From a virus (taxonomy: Duplodnaviria; Heunggongvirae; Uroviricota; Caudoviricetes): a stretch of 11,529 nt of DNA. Position 1 is the first letter of the stretch. Each line of letters begins with the position of its first letter. Made by a program: the position numbers and the translations under genes. Below the pieces are notes generated by a model. The model saw nothing but the letters and a program-made list of their open reading frames with translations, did not search any database and was not told the origin of the DNA. Where the stretch lies: positions 1 to 11,529 of IMG/VR virus record IMGVR_UViG_2534681833_000007; one strand, written 5' to 3'. Shown here one piece after another: positions 7,995 to 11,529 of the stretch.

Positions 7995-8014
7995 GGGTAA
8001 AATCATTAACGACC

Positions 8015-8359
8015 TCAGGCTATTACCTGAAATTCAAGCGTGGCTCTGCTCAGACGGGAATCAGGATCATAACCCTGAGTTTTAGAAATAACGGAGGGTG
8101 CAAGTTGCCTTACCGCATCAAGCGCCTGCTCACGGATATCATCTGCGTCATCAGGTACTGTTGCCCAGACATCGATCTGCACGGTAATTCTGGATTCAGC
8201 CTGACCATCAAGCACATCAGACGCAGTGTCAGACACCACAGAAAATACCAGCCATGGCGGAGATACCGCAGGCTTTCCCTCCGTCAGCGGGACCACATAA
8301 GGATAAACCTGTCCTCCGGCCAGTTGAGACAGCAGGGAATACAGTGTGGTCTCTCTCAT
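8015..8359 (-). CDS. Tail terminator / tail-component protein (lambda U-position; family not identified from sequence)
   Basis: 114-aa ORF. Its ATG at 8359 overlaps the upstream stop (ATGA). Called by position between the gp10-like gene and the major tail protein gene. Confidence 0.7.
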   Translation of the reverse strand: MRETTLYSLLSQLAGGQVYPYVVPLTEGKPAVSPPWLVFSVVSDTASDVLDGQAESRITVQIDVWATVPDDADDIREQALDAVRQLAPSVISKTQGYDPDSRLSRATLEFQVIA

Positions 8360-8802
8360 TTACTTAAGACCTCATCAATAGCCTGATTCATTCGCTGTAT
8401 GGCAATCTGTGCTGCCAGTTCCTCTGTCGTATCGAAAGCCGGGCGAATGAACGGATGCGCGGGCATGTTTATCGTTCCCAGCTCCACAAAGCGCCAGTAA
8501 AACGCATTTCGGGGATCACTGGCTTTCATGCTGTTATCACTGTTTCCGGTTCGCAGGTTCCGTCCACGAATGTGGACACCCGAGATAATTTCCCCCCGAC
8601 GCTTTGAACGCTGAGTGAGAACAACCACATTTTTCTTCAGTTTCCCGGTTCGCTCCGGCGCACGTTCAACAACTGCATCCCGCATAACTTCAGCACCGGC
8701 ACGGGTGGCATCGCGCAGTACCTTATTGTTTTCTGCCCTGCTGAGCGTCTCCAGATCCCGTGCAATATCCGCCAGACCTGAAAAATCAAGACTGAAATCC
8801 AT
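8356..8802 (-). CDS. Tail completion / head-tail joining protein, HK97 gp10-like (lambda Z-position)
   Basis: 148 aa from ATG 8802 (AAGGGGA about 7 nt upstream; the track start at 8805 is a GTG). Contains ...MPAHPFIRPAFD..., which I associate with the HK97 gp10 family. Its ATG overlaps the stop of the truncated upstream remnant (TGATG). Confidence 0.75.
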   Translation of the reverse strand: MDFSLDFSGLADIARDLETLSRAENNKVLRDATRAGAEVMRDAVVERAPERTGKLKKNVVVLTQRSKRRGEIISGVHIRGRNLRTGNSDNSMKASDPRNAFYWRFVELGTINMPAHPFIRPAFDTTEELAAQIAIQRMNQAIDEVLSK

Positions 8803-8922
8803 CACACATTCCCCTTCTGAGAACAGAGTATCTCAAGCCGTGTGGCACGAGCATCCGGTATCGGCGGACCGTCTATACTCAGAATCGCGCCTTTGAATGC
8901 ACCAGTCAGCACTTTCAGACAT
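8802..8922 (-). pseudogene. 3' remnant (39 codons plus stop) of a phage morphogenesis gene whose 5' part is replaced by IS2
   Basis: Minus-strand frame is open from the IS2 boundary (8922) to a TGA at 8804..8802, translating CLKVLTGAFKGAILSIDGPPIPDARATRLEILCSQKGNV*. The stop overlaps the next gene's ATG in the coupled fashion seen for the rest of the operon. No start codon or N-terminal part exists on this side of IS2. Confidence 0.5.
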
Positions 8923-8963
8923 TAGACTGGCCCCCTGAATCTCCAGACAACCAATATCACTTA
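8923..8963 (+). repeat. IS2 left terminal inverted repeat (IRL)
   Basis: Imperfect inverted repeat with 10213-10253; shared blocks GCCCC...TCCAGACA...TATCACTTA seen directly. Confidence 0.8.
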
Positions 8964-9013
8964 TTTAAGTGATAGTCTTAATACTAGTTTTTAGACTAGT
9001 CATTGGAGAGCAG

Positions 9014-9379
9014 ATGATTGATGTCTTAGGACCGGAGAAACGCAGACGGCGTACTACACAGGAAAAGATCGCTATTGTTCAGCAGAGTTTTGAACCGGGA
9101 ATGACAGTCTCCCTTGTTGCCCGGCAACACGGTGTGGCAGCCAGCCAGTTATTTCTCTGGCGCAAGCAATACCAGGAGGGAAGTCTTACTGCTGTGGCCG
9201 CAGGAGAACAGGTCGTTCCTGCCTCTGAACTTGCTGCCGCCATGAAGCAGATTAAAGAACTCCAGCGCCTGCTCGGCAAAAAAACGATGGAAAATGAACT
9301 CCTTAAAGAAGCCGTTGAATATGGGCGTGCAAAAAAGTGGATAGCGCACGCGCCCTTATTGCCCGGGGATGGGGAGTAA
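9014..9379 (+). CDS. insC: IS2 OrfA (InsC), HTH transposase-regulator component
   Basis: ATG 9014 with GGAGAG upstream; 121 aa [56 protein letters not shown]... matches recalled IS2 InsC. The track start at 8969 is an upstream extension. Confidence 0.92.
9331..9337 (+). promoter_or_regulatory. IS2 orfA-orfB -1 frameshift heptamer A AAA AAG
   Basis: AAAAAAG at 9331-9337 is in X XXY YYZ phase with orfA (codons GCA AAA AAG); orfB is in the -1 frame and begins at this point. Confidence 0.7.
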
Positions 9380-10242
9380 GCTTAGTCAGCCGTTGTCTCC
9401 GGGTGTCGCGTGCGCAGTTGCACGTCATTCTCAGACGAACCGATGACTGGAAAGATGGTCGCCGCAGCCGTCACTCAGATGATACGGATGTGCTTCTCCG
9501 TATACACCATGTTATCGGAGAGCTGCCCACATATGGTTATCGTCGGGTATGGGCGCTGCTTCGCAGACAGGCCGAACTTGATGGTATGCCTGCGATCAAT
9601 GCCAAACGTATTTACCGGATCATGCGCCAGAATGCGCTGTTGCTTGAGCGAAAACCCGCTGTACCGCCATCGAAACGGGCACATACCGGCAGAGTGGCTG
9701 TGAAAGAAAGTAATCAGCGATGGTGCTCTGACGGGTTCGAGTTCCGCTGTGATAACGGAGAAAAACTGCGAGTCACGTTCGCGCTGGACTGCTGTGACCG
9801 TGAGGCACTGCACTGGGCGGTCACTACGGGCGGCTTCAACAGTGAAACAGTACAGGACGTCATGCTGGGAGCGGTGGAACGCCGTTTCGGCAACGAGCTT
9901 CCGGCGTCTCCAGTAGAGTGGCTGACGGATAATGGTTCATGCTACCGGGCTAATGAAACACGGCAGTTTGCCCGGATGTTGGGGCTTGAACCGAAGAACA
10001 CGGCGGTGCGGAGTCCGGAGAGTAACGGCATAGCAGAGAGCTTCGTGAAAACGATAAAGCGTGACTACATCAGTGTCATGCCCAAACCAGACGGGTTAAC
10101 GGCAGCAAAGAACCTTGCAGAGGCATTCGAGCATTATAACGAATGGCATCCGCATAGTGCACTGGGTTATCGCTCGCCACGGGAATATCTACGGCAGCAA
10201 GCCAGTAATGGGTTAAGTGATAACAGGTGTCTGGAAATATAG
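9337..10242 (+). CDS. insD: IS2 OrfB (InsD), DDE transposase catalytic part; normally expressed as an OrfAB fusion by -1 frameshift
   Basis: 301-aa ORF (GTG at 9337) ...[29 protein letters not shown]...[18 protein letters not shown]..., matching recalled IS2 InsD closely; appears full length. Confidence 0.9.
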
Positions 10243-10253
10243 GGGCAAATCCA
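10213..10253 (+). repeat. IS2 right terminal inverted repeat (IRR)
   Basis: The reverse complement TGGATTTGCCCCTATATTTCCAGACACCTGTTATCACTTAA pairs with IRL. Confidence 0.8.
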
Positions 10254-10651
10254 GGCAAATCCTTTACGTTACTCTCTGATGACTTCTTATATTTATAATA
10301 CCAATCAGACAGCCTTATCCCATCGGTGATATCAGTCTCCTCCTCGCCAGGAACGGGCTGACTCACTGTAACCACCTCCGAAAACAACTCTGCAATTATC
10401 AGAACGCTAGTTTTCCCCTTGTCTCACGAAAGTCCTCCCTCCTTTATCGCGCGTGCGTGCGGAAGCATCTTTTCGCAACAACCACCCGGGATTCCGCTAC
10501 GGCTCTGCCATCGCAATCCCCCCGTTTATCTCCGGACAGCCACATTCCCGATTATTTTTTACGTTTCTCCCCGGTTGTTATGCCAGTGAAGGTGGCGCGC
10601 TGTTTTCATGACCACACCGGCTGGTTTAACAACATCCGGAGGAACATTCTC

Positions 10652-10858
10652 ATGGCTACCCCTGTTTCGCTGATGGATGACCAGATGGTCGACATGGCGT
10701 TTATCACTCAACTTACCGGCTTAACCGATAAGTGGTTTTACAAACTCATCAAAGATGGGGGCTTTCCTGCCCCCATCAAAATGGGGCGCAGCTCCCGCTG
10801 GCTGAAAAGTGAAGTGGAAGCCTGGCTGCAGGCGCGTATTGCACAGCCCCGTCCGTAA
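10652..10858 (+). CDS. AlpA-family phage/island regulatory protein (small HTH, excisionase-like)
   Basis: ATG 10652 with GGAGG 8 nt upstream; 68 aa MATPVSLMDDQMVDMAFITQLTGLTDKWFYKLIKDGGFPAPIKMGRSSRWLKSEVEAWLQARIAQPRP. Size and motif resemble AlpA-like proteins of P4/CP4-57-type integrative elements. The track ORF from 10457 is an upstream extension with no RBS. Confidence 0.75.
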   Translation: MATPVSLMDDQMVDMAFITQLTGLTDKWFYKLIKDGGFPAPIKMGRSSRWLKSEVEAWLQARIAQPRP

Positions 10859-10952
10859 TTTCTGACCGTTATCCGTTCACCCGCAGCAGACGTAATCTCC
10901 GGCCTGCCGGCGGCATTCTGCTGCCTGTTATATCCCCGTGAGGAATATGAAA

Positions 10953-11529
10953 ATGAAACAACAGTATCAGACCCGCTACGAATGGCTCCACGAAAGCTAC
11001 CAGAAATGGCTGACCGGCTTCACCCGGCACGCCGTATCCTGGGGCGTGTGTCATCCGAATATCTACTACTTCCATAATCTGACGCCCGGTTGGGTGTCAT
11101 TCAATGGTGAAAAACCGGAGATTGCCATCGTACCCCAGAGCCTGCACCGGCTGATTTATGGCCCTGACAAACGGGCCACGCCGCCCCTGGATGATGATCT
11201 GATAGTGAATTTATGCACCAGTGAACATCTGCTGGTTCATCATCCGATGCTGGAAGGCATTCTCCTGTCTGAATGTGAACGTCTGAGGCAGCGTTCTCTG
11301 GCAAATAAACTGATCAGCCTCTTCCGTCAGTTTGGTGGCACGGAGTTGCGCCTCAAACTGGTCTGGCTTTGCTGGCTTGATTTAATGACCGGAAACAGCC
11401 TTGACGACTGGACAGAGAATCTGAAACGGAAATCAGAAAAAGAGCTGGAGGAATGGATCATCAACCGTCAGAAGCAGAGCGCAGCACTGACGGATCTGAT
11501 GGATCAGTACGTGCTCCTGTCATACCGCA
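10953..11529 (+). CDS. Hypothetical protein, 5' part only (at least 192 codons); continues beyond window end
   Basis: Open frame with no stop from ATG 10947 / ATG 10953 to the window end; GAGGA at 10940-10944 gives better spacing to 10953. Translation MK(MK)QQYQTRYEWLHESYQKWLTGFTRHAVSWGVCHPNIYYFHNL... Not in the ORF track because it has no stop in the window. I do not recognise the family. Confidence 0.55.
   Translation, partial: MKQQYQTRYEWLHESYQKWLTGFTRHAVSWGVCHPNIYYFHNLTPGWVSFNGEKPEIAIVPQSLHRLIYGPDKRATPPLDDDLIVNLCTSEHLLVHHPMLEGILLSECERLRQRSLANKLISLFRQFGGTELRLKLVWLCWLDLMTGNSLDDWTENLKRKSEKELEEWIINRQKQSAALTDLMDQYVLLSYR

Larger units (their letters stand above)
8923..10253 (+). mobile_element. 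IS2 insertion sequence (IS3 family), complete, 1331 bp
   Basis: Left end TAGACTGGCCCCCTGAATCTCCAGACAACC..., right end ...GTCTGGAAATATAGGGGCAAATCCA, with the orfA/orfB pair inside; the length equals the canonical IS2 size. Ends and proteins match my recollection of IS2. Confidence 0.9.

Noticed and set aside
7956-8006. ORF-track start at 8006 for the major tail protein
   Set aside because: The extension is encoded by the hairpin and U-tract and lacks an RBS; the ATG at 7955 has a near-consensus AGGAGA.
9079-9813. Minus-strand ORFs inside IS2 (9079-9279, 9149-9349, 9475-9813) and the plus-strand ORF 9410-9703
   Set aside because: Antisense or out of frame relative to the well-supported InsC/InsD frames.
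10294-10299. Perfect TATAAT hexamer upstream of the AlpA-like gene
   Set aside because: No convincing -35 at 16-18 bp spacing and it lies about 350 nt from the start codon; a single AT-rich hexamer is not enough to call a promoter.
10076-10387. 103-aa minus-strand ORF straddling the IS2 right boundary
   Set aside because: Starts at a TTG, and most of it is antisense to the IS2 right end and InsD. The 44 codons outside IS2 could be a remnant of a divergent gene, but there is nothing to support a functional CDS.
10457-10651. Upstream extension of the AlpA-like ORF (133-aa version)
   Set aside because: No RBS at 10457, whereas the ATG at 10652 has GGAGG at ideal spacing and yields a typical ~68-aa AlpA-size protein.
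10869-11304. Minus-strand ORFs 10869-11075 and 11101-11304
   Set aside because: Antisense to the longer, RBS-preceded plus-strand ORF beginning at 10947/10953.

Overview
The window is dominated by the tail-assembly end of a lambdoid prophage, encoded on the minus strand (transcribed from high to low coordinates). Reading in transcription order: a 39-codon 3' remnant of a truncated phage gene (8802-8922), an HK97-gp10-like tail completion gene, a tail terminator-like gene, a major tail protein with a C-terminal Ig-like domain, a G/G-T tail chaperone pair with a -1 frameshift site, a 1077-aa tape measure protein, then lambda-like M, L, K, I and the first 301 codons of J, which runs off the window start. 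The prophage is cut off at 8922/8923 by a complete 1331-bp IS2 (8923-10253; orfA/orfB with its own A AAA AAG frameshift site). Right of IS2 lies unrelated DNA: an AlpA-family regulator gene and the 5' part of an unrecognised ORF that runs off the window end, probably the edge of a P4/CP4-57-like integrative island or satellite. I found no rRNA, tRNA or CRISPR array. I do not see a clearly novel system wholly inside the window; the best candidate for something undescribed is the truncated ORF at the right edge. All homology statements come from reading the translations and recalling lambda/IS2 protein sequences, not from database searches.
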